Assembly (NCBI GenBank): GCA_048213135.1 | Contig: PS015190.1 | Location: forward strand, 23,635 to 72,666 | Reading direction: 5' to 3' | Length of the DNA: 49,032 bases | DNA from: Reclinomonas americana ATCC 50394 | Taxonomy: Eukaryota | Part shown: piece after piece, positions 16,712-31,300 of the stretch | Layout: every line of letters starts with the position of its first letter | Numbering within the stretch: position 1 is the first letter of the stretch | The notes under the pieces: generated by a model | Database searches by the model: none | Told to the model about the DNA's origin: nothing | Seen by the model: only the letters and a program-made list of their open reading frames with translations | Program-made: the position numbers and the translations under genes

Positions 16712-19206
16712 TTACAGCTTGTCGTTGATGATTGTGCCGACGACGGCGCGACCGTCGGCAAACTCGGTCCACTCGCGCGAGGCCAAGAAACGACGCAGCG
16801 GATCGGTGGAGAGCAGTCGCACAACCGACTTGATGGCGTCGTCAAAGGGCGTGCGTAGCACCTGCGGCTCCTCTTCACCGGCCTCGCCAATGTCAAGGCC
16901 TCCGGAGGAGCCGCCGCAGGTGGTGGTGGCTTCTGTTTGCTCCCGTGGCACGAGACTCACCGAGGCGAGAATGGCCTGCTGCAGGTCGGCAGGCAGGCCA
17001 AAGACCTCGTGTCGTGAGAGACTGTGGCGCCCACGACTGGGTCTCCGTGTCGACACGATGCTCGCCTCGTCGCCACCAGAGCTGGTTCTGAGACGACCAA
17101 AGAGTGCATGCAGCGGCGCAGCCGCACGCGCCGGGATGTTCAGTTCAAACTCGGCGTCGGGCTGCACAAACGAAATGTACAGGGAGGCAGCGCGACCAAT
17201 GGTGGCACTCTTGGCGCTCTCCAGCGTCGGGTGCGCCAAGTACTTGCGTGCTTGCTCGCGGAATTCACGGGCCGCCAAGATGAACACCAAGTTCTGCAAG
17301 CGTGCGCGTGAGTACTATCCCACAATGACTCGTCTGTATCGCAGGTTACCTCCACGTTTAGCTGCGAGAGCGATGCATGAGTAATGGTTGTGATGAACAA
17401 CGAATCAAAGAGGGCACACACCTCCCTCTCCAAGTGTCGCGAGAATAATCTGAGGGCGTGTCGATTGGCTGCGAGCAAGCACACAATCGTGAGGCACGCG
17501 CATCGGACACACACTCGTGGAAAGTGTGCACACAAAAATGCCTGACCGAGCACATCGCTGAGACTTGCACACGGCAGCAGTTCCTCCTGGAGACGGCACA
17601 AACGGTGAGTTCAACACACCGGCGACCATGCATGGACGAGTGAGGCGACGCACCAGGCCGGCGGTCTTTTGGTCATTCTTTCGCCTTCGCCCACATATCT
17701 CACCCCACGGCCACAGCACGCTCGGCAGCAGTGCCATGAAGAAGACAGTGACGATGAGCATGACGACCAGAGCGAGAAAAGCAATAAAGCTGCAGAGATT
17801 CGCGGTCACCATCTGCCACTGCGACACACACACGCAAATGACACAGACAGTCGACGAAACTTGTGGTTTTTGAGTGCGAAAAAGAGACCGACGGTAAAGC
17901 CAATGAAGCACGCCATGAGGCACGACGTGCCGAGCACTGTGCGACGGATGCGGAGGACTGCGGCGTAAAAGGGGTGTCAAACAAAGTACTGCGGAATGAA
18001 TCAGGAGCTGCATACGGTCACCAACCGTCATCTTTGCGCCATCTACGATTGTGCAGGAAGAGGGCAGAATGTAGGCACGTGAGACTCATGAAGGAGCGAA
18101 ACAAACATGCAAACACAGTTGCACGCAACAGGCAACAGACAACAATCGGAGCGGTGATGCTCGTCAGGAAATACGTGCCCAGGAGAATGATGGAGATGAT
18201 AGCAAGTGCGTCCAGACACTTGCCGGGCATGGCGCTAATCTGTATGCGCACGACGAGAAGTGAGCATCGGTCGGCGCACACACGGCAGCAGGAGGAAGCG
18301 CCGCAACGATAGTGCAGGTGATGATGGCGCATGCGAGGATCACGAGCAACACAATCAACAGATTGTGATCGGAGAAGCGCCGAATCCAGCGCGTCTCGTG
18401 CAGCAAACCCGCATCGCGCCCGTCCACCTCCAGCGTCGCCGTGCCGTCTTCGCGCATCTCACCCAGATTACTCGCCGAGTTCGATCGCTCGACGGGATCG
18501 TGCAGCTTCCGTTGCAGGTACTTGGCTTGCGCTGTATTACCCACACTGTAAGTACGAGCCTCTTGCGGATGCGGTGCGCAGGCACTGACCTCGTGCAGAC
18601 AAGTACAGCGCCACGTAGCGCATGTAGCCGAGGACCTGTGCCGAGACCACTGTCGATGTGAGGCACGTGATGAACCACAGCAGCGCATCCTGTGCAAGTG
18701 CCGATAGCGTGTGAGTTCCACCTGGAGAGTGGGTGGGTGGGCACACAGGGCACTCAGGCGACGCAACACACGGGATTGCTTCTGCTCGAAAGAACGTGAA
18801 GCACATGAGGGTGGCCAGACTGGAAATGTAGATTGCCGATCCCAGAAAGTACACCGCGTTGATTCTCACACCGAGAAGCTGATGAAGATATGTTGAGAGA
18901 AGCACAAGCGAGAGAGAGACTGAGAGAGAACAAACGCGAGACTCACCTTGAATTTGGGTAATCTTCGATGCCAGATGAGCAACTGCACGACACACGCACG
19001 AATCAGCCTCTCTCTCTCTCTCTCTCTCTGTGCTTGTGAAGGCTCACACACACACTGACCGATAGAAGCACCCATGTGGCGACCCCCATAATGAAGCAAA
19101 TGACAATGAGAGAGATGCCATAGGCTCGCAGGTCGACACCAGGCAGGCCATTGTCGGGAGGTGGGGCGTCCCCATCGGGAACACTGCGTTGACTGACACA
19201 CTGCAT
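16712..19206 (-). CDS. Seven-transmembrane RGS protein (7TM-RGS, AtRGS1-like architecture); start codon uncertain
   Basis: Seven hydrophobic segments across exons, followed by an RGS box: LFSRHLERE-LNVE-NLVFILAAREF, LYISFVQPDAEFELNI, PFDDAIKSVVRLLSTDPLRRFLAS. The TM6/TM7 exon phase is not fully resolved. Confidence 0.82.
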
Positions 19207-19360
19207 GCGTGTGCGACAATCAATTCTTGTGATCGAACTCGGACTCACATGACTCAAGTCCTCCGAGTCGATCACAAGCTTGGCGACGTTGCTTTTTGTT
19301 GTTGCAAACACCAAGCAAGATAACTGTACATTGATCTATCCTCTTTTTTCTATACTCCGA

Positions 19361-22300
19361 TCAGTCCTTGTTGCAGAGCAGAGCCACACCTGTCGCGCAA
19401 CGAGACGTTTTTGAGTGGAAGTCTCTCGGAGAACAGCGGTCAGTGAGGCGCATGCAAACCTCGTAATATCCAGTGGGCTTCGTCACGCTGACCCGAGTGC
19501 AGCAAAATGTCGCACACGTGATTGTTGTAGTGCCTTGAAGCTGTGTCGTCCGGGGGAGGCATCGTTAGCAACACGACAACATGCACCGCTGCAGTAGCAG
19601 CACGGTACGCAACGAATAGTGTACAGCGGCACGGCGGTAAAGTCCGACCTCTTCTTCCGCTCCGACAGGTCGGCGGTGACGTGAACGGCCGGCAACGGCA
19701 CGGCCAGCACCTTGGGTTGTTGCTCCACACTGCATGAAGAAGAATGATGGGATCAGCAACGAGCCTGCACAAACACAGAGGAGAAGGGAAGCAGAACGCA
19801 ACAGGCACAAATTGCGCCGATCCCATCCGGCGCCCTCCAGCCACAGCCCGTGAATGTACACGCCATCGTTAGGTTTCGGCAACTGTGAGCACGACACACG
19901 TTATTACAACACATGACACACACTCCCGCGGTGAAGCACAAAAAGAACACGCAACATCTGACGAGTCGTCGGCCATGAAGCTCTTGACTTCGGTCTTGAG
20001 AATGACTTTGTCCAGCGTCCACTTGTCGTCGGCGGCCACTGCTGCCGATGCATTGTGTGCGCGAGTCACCTGCAATCAGTCGTGTTGGTGGTCAGTAAAA
20101 TGCACACAGATGTCTCTCCCTCTTCTTCCCTGGTGTGTTCCTCACCTCCTGCTTGACCGCGGTCAGGAACCCTTGCTGGTTGAAGAAACCGGCCAGCCAG
20201 AAACTCTGTCCAACACCACTCCCAGTCAGATCAACGCGGCAGGGGAAAACAGCAACGCGTTCCGAGTCACGAACCGACGGCCGACCACGCCACAGCCACG
20301 AGTGGAGCTGCGCATGACGACGCAGGAGTGCTGCGAACCAGACACCCTGTACATAAAACGCAGTTTGAGGTGAGTCGTGCATCTATCTCCTTCGCCCCTC
20401 TCAGCGCACACACACGCAGCCTCACCAGCGACGGAGCAGACCACGAGATCTTGAGCCAGTCGGCCGGAATGCGGCCGTCAAACAACGAGTCGAGGGCATT
20501 CTGCAGCTCCGCACTCATCACAATCGTTCCCTCAATGGCCAATTGCAGATCCTGCAACGTCGACCGAGCGCGAGAGATGACACGCTGCAAGCGATCAATT
20601 TCCTGCACCGCATGGAGACGACGCGGTCAGAGGAAAGACCAACAAAGAACACACACACACATACACAGAAAGAAATGGGAGCCGCACTTGGAGCAAGAAA
20701 ATGTTCAGCGGCTGCGTCGGACTGACGGATTCACGAGCAAAGTCGCGGTCAAAGCCATCCGGCAACTGGGTCAGCATGTCGCCCGCAGTCTGCTTCACCA
20801 CATCCTCACGCGACATGCCGGCCGCGCCGCTGGCCTCCTTCGGTTGAATGTCGAGCGCCGTATCGAGAACCTTGCACCGGCACGATGAGCACACACACAC
20901 ACAGCTGCACCATCATGTGACACGCAAAAAATACCTCGCGACTCTCATTGTTGCGGAATGTTAGATCGGCGTTGCTGTGCAGACCAAAGATCTCCGGGCT
21001 CTCAAAGTCGGGGAACCGTGCAATGTGATCCCGGAAGAGCACAAGATCGTTCTCACGAGCGTCGGATTTGGAGTCACGACACGGAACCGAGTAGCCTATG
21101 GTGCGGCAATGAGTTTCGTCCCTCTCCCGAGCGCACGCCAACTAACTCACACACAAACACACCTGGGTAAAACTCGTACTTGCGATCCAACACAGTCTCC
21201 GACAGGAACTTCTCCGCATACGTGCCAAACAGCCGACGGTCCTTGTCGTCGGTGATGCGCCCTCCATAATGAATCTGTTCACTCGGCTGTCAGCCACTGT
21301 CGATGCACAGACGCGCACATGCAATTACACCAACCTCGGCAACCATGTAGCGAATGGTCTCGTAGGATGGCGGCTTCTTGCGCGGATCGTCGCCAATCTG
21401 GAACAAGTGTTTCTGATGGTGTGTGTGTGTACATCCAGTTGTCAGTGACAGGTGTTGTCAGTACGAGTGCATTAGAAAATGACTGCACCTCGAGGAACGA
21501 CAGCGACGCCTCCAGATCCGTCTGGTTGAACTCGTACGGAATGTTCCAACCCAGCGGGCCGTACTTGCGTCGCTCCTGCACCGTCGAGTGCAAGAAACAA
21601 ATGGTGAACAGCAGCGGCTTCCACTCCGGTCGCACGTTGCGCTCCAGCAGATCCAGCGACACCCACTGGAACGAGCGCTCCATGCCGTTGCGGAGTCCAC
21701 GCGGCGGCTCATTCGTTAGCTTGATTGACATTTGCAGCAGACCAATCGGGAACCGCGGGTGCGGCTCACTGTACTACGGATGAGAACCATTGTCTAGTCT
21801 AGCAGCTGCGACTTCCACCAACGCAAACGCACCTGGTGACCCACAGACGGAAATCCGGGTTGATTTCAGTCGTGCGCAGCAACGTCTCCTCGACCTCGCG
21901 CATAAAGTCGAGACCCAAGTGGCAATTCTGCAGCATGAGCCAGCGGCCTTGTGCAAAGCACGACTGCAGGAGCTGGCGTGCGCGAGGCTCCTGCCCACGT
22001 CCGAGCGAAATGGTCTCACACAGAATCTTCTTCTTGCGCGACAACGCGAAAATGGTGCCGGTGGGATCCGAGCCGAGACTGAGCAGGTAGATGATCGGAG
22101 TGCGCGAGTCGCTCTCCTCAAACGCATCCTGCAGGTCGGCCACAATGCCCGTGACGTACTCCTTGCGTTCGAGAGTTGGCGTGTCGGCAATGAAGCCGGC
22201 GGCGGCGTACGTCATGCGATCCGGCCGCAGCGAGCGCACCAGCAGCAAGCGTTGGAATGGTCGCAAGCTGCACATTGTTGGTGAGTGGCGAGCTCACAGA

Positions 22301-25300
22301 GGTCGTGCTCAACACTATCACACACAAACACACACCTGTCGTCCAACTCTGGCACTTTTTGCATCTCGGGGTTCTCCGAGTCCACCCACATGCGCCACGA
22401 GTTGTAGTCGTTGGAGCCAATCAGGTCGGGCAGACGACGGAACATCTCCACTGCGTGGCATCACAGACACAAACACATGCAAAATCAGCGACAGAGAACA
22501 GGGGAAAAGGTGGGAGAGCCGTCGTGGACCACGCAACATGATTGTGAGAGCTGAATGACATTGAGCCAGGCCGCATCGGTGATCCACTCGTGCGGCTTGC
22601 GTCGCACATCAGAGATGCTGAGAGTGGCACCGCCCTTGAGAAGGGTGGTGAACTCGATCTGCGTAATGTTCTCCGCTTGCAGATTGATCTCGCAGGCCAA
22701 CAGCAGCGAGTACAGGCCCTTGTGTCGCTCAAACAGACCGCGTGACACAAACACGTACACAATGTACGTGACCATGTCGACAATGTTGTACACGCGCTTG
22801 TTCACCAGTCCGTCCTGCGCAAGCAACACGAGCATGAGATACAGCCTCGACAACACGACACACACTCACTCATGCATTGTGCACGTACCGGATGTGCACG
22901 CTCCATGGCCAGATCAAAGAGGTTCAAGAAGCGCGACAAGGATGTCTGGTACATCGGATTGACCAGCGACATGGCCACCATGAGGAAGTACATCACAGAG
23001 CCACGAGTGGCACTGCCGCGGTAGCTCTCACGCATGGCGTTGATGCTCTTCTCCGTCTCGCCAGCCTTGGTGATGTTGGCAGNNNNNNNNNNNNNNNNNN
23101 NNNNNNNNNNNNNNNNNNNNNNNNNNNNNNNNNNNNNNNNNNNNNNNNNNNNNNNNNNNNNNNNNNNNNNNNNNNNNNNNNNNNNNNNNNNNNNNNNNNN
23201 NNNNNNNNNNNNNNNNNNNNNNNNNNNNNNNNNNNNNNNNNNNNNNNNNNNNNNNNNNNNNNNNNNNNNNNNNNNNNNNNNNNNNNNNNNNNNNNNNNNN
23301 NNNNNNNNNNNNNNNNNNNNNNNNNNNNNNNNNNNNNNNNNNNNNNNNNNNNNNNNNNNNNNNNNNNNNNNNNNNNNNNNNNNNNNNNNNNNNNNNNNNN
23401 NNNNNNNNNNNNNNNNNNNNNNNNNNNNNNNNNNNNNNNNNNNNNNNNNNNNNNNNNNNNNNNNNNNNNNNNNNNNNNNNNNNNNNNNNNNNNNNNNNNN
23501 NNNNNNNNNNNNNNNNNNNNNNNNNNNNNNNNNNNNNNNNNNNNNNNNNNNNNNNNNNNNNNNNNNNNNNNNNNNNNNNNNNNNNNNNNNNNNNNNNNNN
23601 NNNNNNNNNNNNNNNNNNNNNNNNNNNNNNNNNNNNNNNNNNNNNNNNNNNNNNNNNNNNNNNNNNNNNNNNNNNNNNNNNNNNNNNNNNNNNNNNNNNN
23701 NNNNNNNNNNNNNNNNNNNNNNNNNNNNNNNNNNNNNNNNNNNNNNNNNNNNNNNNNNNNNNNNNNNNNNNNNNNNNNNNNNNNNNNNNNNNNNNNNNCG
23801 TACATGGACCCGCTGTTGGACAAGGAGATTATCCGCTCTGGTGCACTGTATCAAGTCGTCATGGGCGACAAGGTGCCGATTGACTACCACCTCAGCTTCC
23901 GCCTCTACCTCACCACCAAGTTGGCGAATCCACACTTTTCACCGGAACTGTCTGCCAAGACCACCATTGTCGACTTCACCGTCACGCGCAAGGGTTTGTG
24001 TGTGTGTGTCTGTTGAGGAAGGGTGTGAACGAGAATCTCACTGGCTGGTGTCGATGCAGGACTGGAGGACCAGTTGCTGGCGCGTGTGATTCAGCGTGAG
24101 CGCAAGGAGCTGGAGGAGCAACGCGATGCGCTGCTGCGAGAGATCAACATGAATCAGAAGAAGAAGCAGGAGCTGGAAGACAACCTGCTGTTCTCGCTCT
24201 CCAACTCGGACAAGCCGCTGCTGGAGAACGAGGAGCTGATTGTGGTGCTGGCCGAGACCAAGCGCACGTCGGTGGAGGTGGNNNNNNNNNNNNNNNNNNN
24301 NNNNNNNNNNNNNNNNNNNNNNNNNNNNNNNNNNNNNNNNNNNNNNNNNNNNNNNNNNNNNNNNNNNNNNNNNNNNNNNNNNNNNNNNNNNNNNNNNNNN
24401 NNNNNNNNNNNNNNNNNNNNNNNNNNNNNNNNNNNNNNNNNNNNNNNNNNNNNNNNNNNNNNNNNNNNNNNNNNNNNNNNNNNNNNNNNNNNNNNNNNNN
24501 NNNNNNNNNNNNNNNNNNNNNNNNNNNNNNNNNNNNNNNNNNNNNNNNNNNNNNNNNNNNNNNNNNNNNNNNNNNNNNNNNNNNNNNNNNNNNNNNNNNN
24601 NNNNNNNNNNNNNNNNNNNNNNNNNNNNNNNNNNNNNNNNNNNNNNNNNNNNNNNNNNNNNNNNNNNNNNNNNNNNNNNNNNNNNNNNNNNNNNNNNNNN
24701 NNNNNNNNNNNNNNNNNNNNNNNNNNNNNNNNNNNNNNNNNNNNNNNNNNNNNNNNNNNNNNNNNNNNNNNNNNNNNNNNNNNNNNNNNNNNNNNNNNNN
24801 NNNNNNNNNNNNNNNNNNNNNNNNNNNNNNNNNNNNNNNNNNNNNNNNNNNNNNNNNNNNNNNNNNNNNNNNNNNNNNNNNNNNNNNNNNNNNNNNNNNN
24901 NNNNNNNNNNNNNNNNNNNNNNNNNNNNNNNNNNNNNNNNNNNNNNNNNNNNNNNNNNNNNNNNNNNNNNNNNNNNNNNNNNNNNNNNNNNNNNNNNNNN
25001 NNNNNNNNNNNNNNAATCGATCTCCTCGCCCACGTTCTCGATAATCAGCGGCCAGCCCTGCATGTATCGCCGTCAGTTCAGACATTCCGTCAGGTGCGTC
25101 CATTCACGCAGCGGTGTCTCACCTCGCGGCACGCCTCCTCCAAATACAGTTTGAAGGTCTTGTCGGAGAATTGCACCACCCGCAACTGCTCGTCTGGTCG
25201 ACGCGGCTCGTAGTTGCGCAGCCAGGCCAGTCCCTGTCCCTGTGGGTCCACCAGCAGAGGCCACTGTGCGTCCAACAGGAAATGAGCGCACTGTCGACAA

Positions 25301-28300
25301 GCACATCCACAGGCGTGTGACAGACCTTGGACGACATTGTGACCATGATACCGTTCTGCGTCGAGTGCTCGTCCTTCGGCAGTCCCTGCAGATTCCACTC
25401 GCCTGTCTGCCGCTCGTCGGCCAGGAACTGAGTGACATTGATCTCCGGCGTCACCGGCACATGGCGCTGTCGCAGATCGCGCAAAAAGTGCTCCACCAGC
25501 GTCTTGCGGAACACCGAGTTGAAGGGACCACAGTACGCCATAAAGGCCGTCGACAGTGTGACATCGCCGGCAAGCCGCTCAATGTCTTGTCGGAAGGCAT
25601 TGCTCTGCTTGACCCACATGTCGCGTTCGCCAGACAGCGCGCCAATCAGATTGTTGGCGCTCTCCATGGTGCGACGCAACCGATCAGCGTTCTCCTGCAG
25701 CTCCTGCTTGCGTCGCACGGCAGACTCGAACTGCTCCTCGATCTGTCGCAGGTTCGTCTCCACAATCTCCAGATCGCGCTGTTTCTCTGCAGGGCGTGCG
25801 CGACAGGTCAACCAGAGTGCACTCACCAATATCATTTTTCTTGAATTGGTACGTACCACGCAGTTTGACCATGGCCACGTGCTGTGCGTCTTCAGCCTCG
25901 CGCAGCGCCGCACGCTTCGGTTCGACCACCTTTGCCACATCATGGTAGCGCGCCATGGCCTTGACCCACGTGCACAGACCGGCCACCTCTTGCGCCTTCT
26001 TCATCGCCACCTCCTTGGTGAAGTCCTCGGCGTCTACAATCGGTCGCAGCAACTCCACCATCTCGTCGTCAATGTCGTCGCGTTGGTAGTTGAACAGGTC
26101 ACGCGTGAGGTTCGGGTTGTTCAGCAGCGTCGAGCGCGCGATAGCGTACGAATCCTGGGTGAAAACAACACACATCTTAGCACACACAGAATCTGTGGCC
26201 TTGAAAGACAAACATGCCGAGCTGCTCACCTCAATCATCCATCGATCGCCGGCGAGCTGATAATACGAAACCGGATTCACGGGCATGCGATGCAGAATGA
26301 GCACACCGTCAAAGATGCGCTTGATGAACTCGGCCGGATTGAGGAATTTCTTCACAGTCGCAATGTCCTTGTCCTTGATGGAGTTCAGGGCGGCCAGAGC
26401 CTCTTGCAAAATCGGTTCGGCCAGCTCCAGGTCCTTGGCGGCCGCCGAGCGAATGCTGTCCACCAGTCGGAAGTCTTCCTCCAGCCGATCGGCCACCGCC
26501 TTCACCTCGGCACGCTTCTTCTGCGCGGCCGCCGTCTGCACCGAAATGTCTTGCAACATGGTCTCCGTGCGCGACTGTTGCACACGCAGCTGCGCCTCGC
26601 TCTCGCGCAGCTCCACTTTCAGCACCTCGATCTTGCTTTCCGCGTCACGCAGCTGATCGAGACCAGTGTTGATCTTGCGCGCCAGCACGCCCACCTAAGA
26701 AAGAGCGCACGATAGATGAGAGTCCGACTCGGTCATCTCTCTTCTCTCTTTCTNNNNNNNNNNNNNNNNNNNNNNNNNNNNNNNNNNNNNNNNNNNNNNN
26801 NNNNNNNNNNNNNNNNNNNNNNNNNNNNNNNNNNNNNNNNNNNNNNNNNNNNNNNNNNNNNNNNNNNNNNNNNNNNNNNNNNNNNNNNNNNNNNNNNNNN
26901 NNNNNNNNNNNNNNNNNNNNNNNNNNNNNNNNNNNNNNNNNNNNNNNNNNNNNNNNNNNNNNNNNNNNNNNNNNNNNNNNNNNNNNNNNNNNNNNNNNNN
27001 NNNNNNNNNNNNNNNNNNNNNNNNNNNNNNNNNNNNNNNNNNNNNNNNNNNNNNNNNNNNNNNNNNNNNNNNNNNNNNNNNNNNNNNNNNNNNNNNNNNN
27101 NNNNNNNNNNNNNNNNNNNNNNNNNNNNNNNNNNNNNNNNNNNNNNNNNNNNNNNNNNNNNNNNNNNNNNNNNNNNNNNNNNNNNNNNNNNNNNNNNNNN
27201 NNNNNNNNNNNNNNNNNNNAAGCGCGGCGAGTGGCGACGCTTCGAGCGACTGCAATACATGGCCACCATGAGCCACCCGGGCGGCGGCAAGAACGACATT
27301 CCGAATCGGCTGAAGCGCCACTTTGCGATTTTCAACATGACACTTCCGTCCGACAAGTCGCTGGACCAGATCTTTGGGCAGCTGACTCGCGGCCGCTTCA
27401 ACATTCGCGACTACCCACAGGACATTGTGACGGCTGCCGCGTCTGTCACTGCTGCGAGTATCGATCTGTGGCGCTCTGTGCAGGAGAAGATGTTGCCGAC
27501 ACCGGCCAAGTTCCACTACGTGTTCAACTTGCGTGATCTGTCGCGGGTGTTCCAGGGCGTCATGGCGTGCCCGGTCTCCTCCGTCTCCAAGGACGCTGAT
27601 GTGGTGCTACTGTGGAAGCACGAGTGCACTCGTGTGTTTGCCGATCGACTCAATTCGGTCGACGACAAGGCGTGGTTCGACGAGCGACTGGCCGCCTGTA
27701 TCGGTCGCCACTTTGGCGACAGAATGCGTGTGGCCACACAGCAGGCGGTTTACTATGTCGACTTTATGCGTGAGCCGACCGAGGACGAAGAGGGCAACGA
27801 GGTGCCGGCCGCCAAGGTGTACGAGCGTAGCCCGCTCTCCAACATTCGCGACAAGCTGGCGGTGTACATGGACGAGTTCAACAAGGTTAGATCTCGCTCG
27901 CCTCCCCCCATCTGTGCCTTGCTGTCGTCCTGAATGCCTCACGCTCCTCCCACGGTTGCAGGTGAATCGAGTCAAGAAGCTCAACCTGGTGCTCTTCGAC
28001 ATGGCCGTCAAGCACGTGGTGCGCATCGCGCGCATCCTGCGTATGCCGCGTGGCAATGCTCTCCTGGTGGGCGTCGGCGGCTCTGGCAAGCAGAGTCTCA
28101 CGTACCTCGCCACCCACATTGCGCGCTACAAGCCGTACGCTCTTGTTGCGTCGCGTTCCACCCGCCGTCCCCAGTCACTCGCCCTNNNNNNNNNNNNNNN
28201 NNNNNNNNNNNNNNNNNNNNNNNNNNNNNNNNNNNNNNNNNNNNNNNNNNNNNNNNNNNNNNNNNNNNNNNNNNNNNNNNNNNNNNNNNNNNNNNNNNNN

Positions 28301-31300
28301 NNNNNNNNNNNNNNNNNNNNNNNNNNNNNNNNNNNNNNNNNNNNNNNNNNNNNNNNNNNNNNNNNNNNNNNNNNNNNNNNNNNNNNNNNNNNNNNNNNNN
28401 NNNNNNNNNNNNNNNNNNNNNNNNNNNNNNNNNNNNNNNNNNNNNNNNNNNNNNNNNNNNNNNNNNNNNNNNNNNNNNNNNNNNNNNNNNNNNNNNNNNN
28501 NNNNNNNNNNNNNNNNNNNNNNNNNNNNNNNNNNNNNNNNNNNNNNNNNNNNNNNNNNNNNNNNNNNNNNNNNNNNNNNNNNNNNNNNNNNNNNNNNNNN
28601 NNNNNNNNNNNNNNNNNNNNNNNNNNNNNNNNNNNNNNNNNNNNNNNNNNNNNNNNNNNNNNNNNNNTTGTCGGTCCAGCGCATACACGCCCTTCATCTC
28701 CACCACTTGACGCACCACCTCGTTGGTCGGCTGCCAACACAAGATCACAAATGAGACACTGGCGGCAGAGGGAACGGAGGAGTCGAAGTGCGTGAGACGT
28801 ACCTGATCGCCCCACACATTGACCTCGGGCATGTTCAGGTCGTCGACAAACACCACCATGTTGCGGTTGCCCTTTGGCTTCAGGGAGTTACCGACGCTCT
28901 TCTCCAGCGACGACTCGATGGTGTTCTGGAAGATGCCAGGCGAAGTCGCGGATGAGAACGACATCTTCTTGAACGCCCACTTCTCCTCGCCAAGGCCCAG
29001 CAGATACTGTTCCACGGCCGTCGTCTTGGCCGTGCCCGACGAGCCCATGAGCAAGCAATGCAGGTTCTGCTGCGCCACCAGGTCCACGAGGTAGTGCACG
29101 CGCACCGAGTCGATCGTCGGCACGAACAGCGTGCTGAAATCAAAGTACGCGTCACCCGGGTACTGCATGCACTCACGCCCCATGAGTGTCATGCCGACGA
29201 AACAAACAGTGACCAACTGAAGCACAATCAACAAACGCACCTGCCACGCAGCAATGCGTGACGTCCACGGAGTCCACTGCAGAGTCTTCAAGTCGACAAA
29301 GTAATCAAAGAACGACTCGGAAGTCGGCAGGCCCTGCGGCATAATCAACGACATGCGCTCACGCATAAAGCCCGTCTCCAAACGCTGACGGCCTGCTGGC
29401 TCCAGGAATCCTACAAGTACACCACAGCAAGTGAGTACACACACACACACACACACACAAGCGCGCGCGCAAACCCTCCCAGTGACGACAATACACACCT
29501 CCCACCGCCCACATGAGCGCAAAAGCAAACAGACGGCCAACAGTGTCGTCGTTCAGTGTCTCCGTGTCCGCGCGCGAGATGCAAATCATGCGCAGCAGCA
29601 GTCGAAGTACGGTGGTCACCACATTGACGTCCACCACCTGCATCACCGGCTGGCAATTCTGTTGCACAAACAGCACCACAACCAGCAGCAACTCAGTCTG
29701 CAGCAGGATGCGTTGCAAGTCAGCTCAAAGGGCTCGTACCTTGCGCATAAACAGCAACGCGTCGTCCATGAGGTCGGAGAACAAGGCGGTGATGCGGGTG
29801 ACTTCGGCTTCGGTCGGCGGTCGTGGCTCCTCCGGATCCACCATCACCGAGGCCGCCTTGCCGATCTCGCTCTGCAGTACCGGCTTCCAGCCCAGCACGC
29901 TGCCCGACACGTAGATCTGACCGGCGCGGCTCACCGTGGCCGGCGAGGCATTGCGCAGATCCTCGGCCTCGAAGCACATCTTGACTGTGTCGGCCATGGC
30001 CACACGGTCGCCGTTGGCCAGCGTCAGCAGCTTGTTGTCGTCGAGCACCGTGTTGAGGTTCTCAATCCAAATGGCATCCACTGGTCCGTCGCACACAATC
30101 CACACGTTTTCACGCTTGTTGTTGTTGGCCTTCTTCCACATGGCCGAGAACACGCCGTCGATCCAGTCGTTGTTCAGCATTTCGCCAAACATTTGCTGGG
30201 CGAGAATCGCCTTCGGGTTCATGCGGTACTGATTGTGCTTGCCGACCACGGCCGACAGCGTCTTCAGCATGACCTCGTAGATCTTGGACTTGCCGGCACC
30301 CGACGGCCCAATGACCATGATACCGTGGCGCACCAGCGACGTCTCGTACAGCTGAATGACCTTGGTGACCCACTCGTCGTGCTCCACCAAGTCGAGCTCC
30401 TTGATCACAGTCTTCATGGCAGCTGTACAAATGGGCAAAGGAGTGAGTGCGTGCAGCGCAAACATCGGGAAGCGGATGGAAACTGACCTTCGATCTCCGG
30501 GTGCGACATGGGATCCTGCTTCTGGCCGGGGAACAGGTCGTTGATGAGTGCCATGAGGAGTGGCACGTCTTCAGCGACCAGCTTCGACAGGTTCATGTCA
30601 CGCAGCGTGCGCTGCAGAATAAAGTCCTCCTTCTTGCCTGGGTTCGCGCGCAGCACAGTGCCGGCCGTACGCAGCACCGACAGAATGTTGCGCAGACCAA
30701 AGTCGTAGTGAGGCTGCTTCGACAGCTGCTCCTCGCACAACTTGTACAGCGTGTTGAACTTCTTCGACAGCACGTCGTACTCGAGGTAGCCCGAGGCGGC
30801 CAGCTTGACCTTGATAATGATCAGGCGGTCCGGCACCATCATGGTCACACCGCGGAAGAGCACCTTCAGGTTCTCCGGCAGCTGTGCGAGAGGAGAGAGA
30901 GAGGGAAAAAAAGGTGAGCACCACCTGTTATCGACAGTAGGTGAGAGAGACATGTGCGCTGCTGGTACAAACCTCCTGGCGACCCTGATAACCGGGGTTC
31001 ATGGTGATAAACAGACCGGTGGACGGACGCAGGCGAATCACCTGGCCGTCGGTGAACTGGAACTCCTTCATGCGATTGCGGATGGCTTGGAAGATGCACT
31101 GAATCTGCTGCGCCACCACAGACAGCACGTCGAGGTCGATACGGTTGAACTCATCGAAATCGCCCCACGCGCCCGACTGTGCACAGCCCTTGAAGATCTT
31201 GCCCATCGAGTTGTGGTCCATCTGATCGGAGCAGTTGAACACGACGACGTACTTGCCGAGAGCACGACCGAGATCCTTGACGGTCTCGGTCTTGCCTGTA

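Noticed and set aside
20871-20934. AAG acceptor in a dynein intron (gtgcaag|GTT)
   Set aside because: Single case, and it could be a homopolymer overcall of the usual gtgcag.
27220-28185. A second, antisense dynein gene or nested paralog
   Set aside because: The segment supplies exactly the part missing from the minus-strand gene, so it is a flipped contig.
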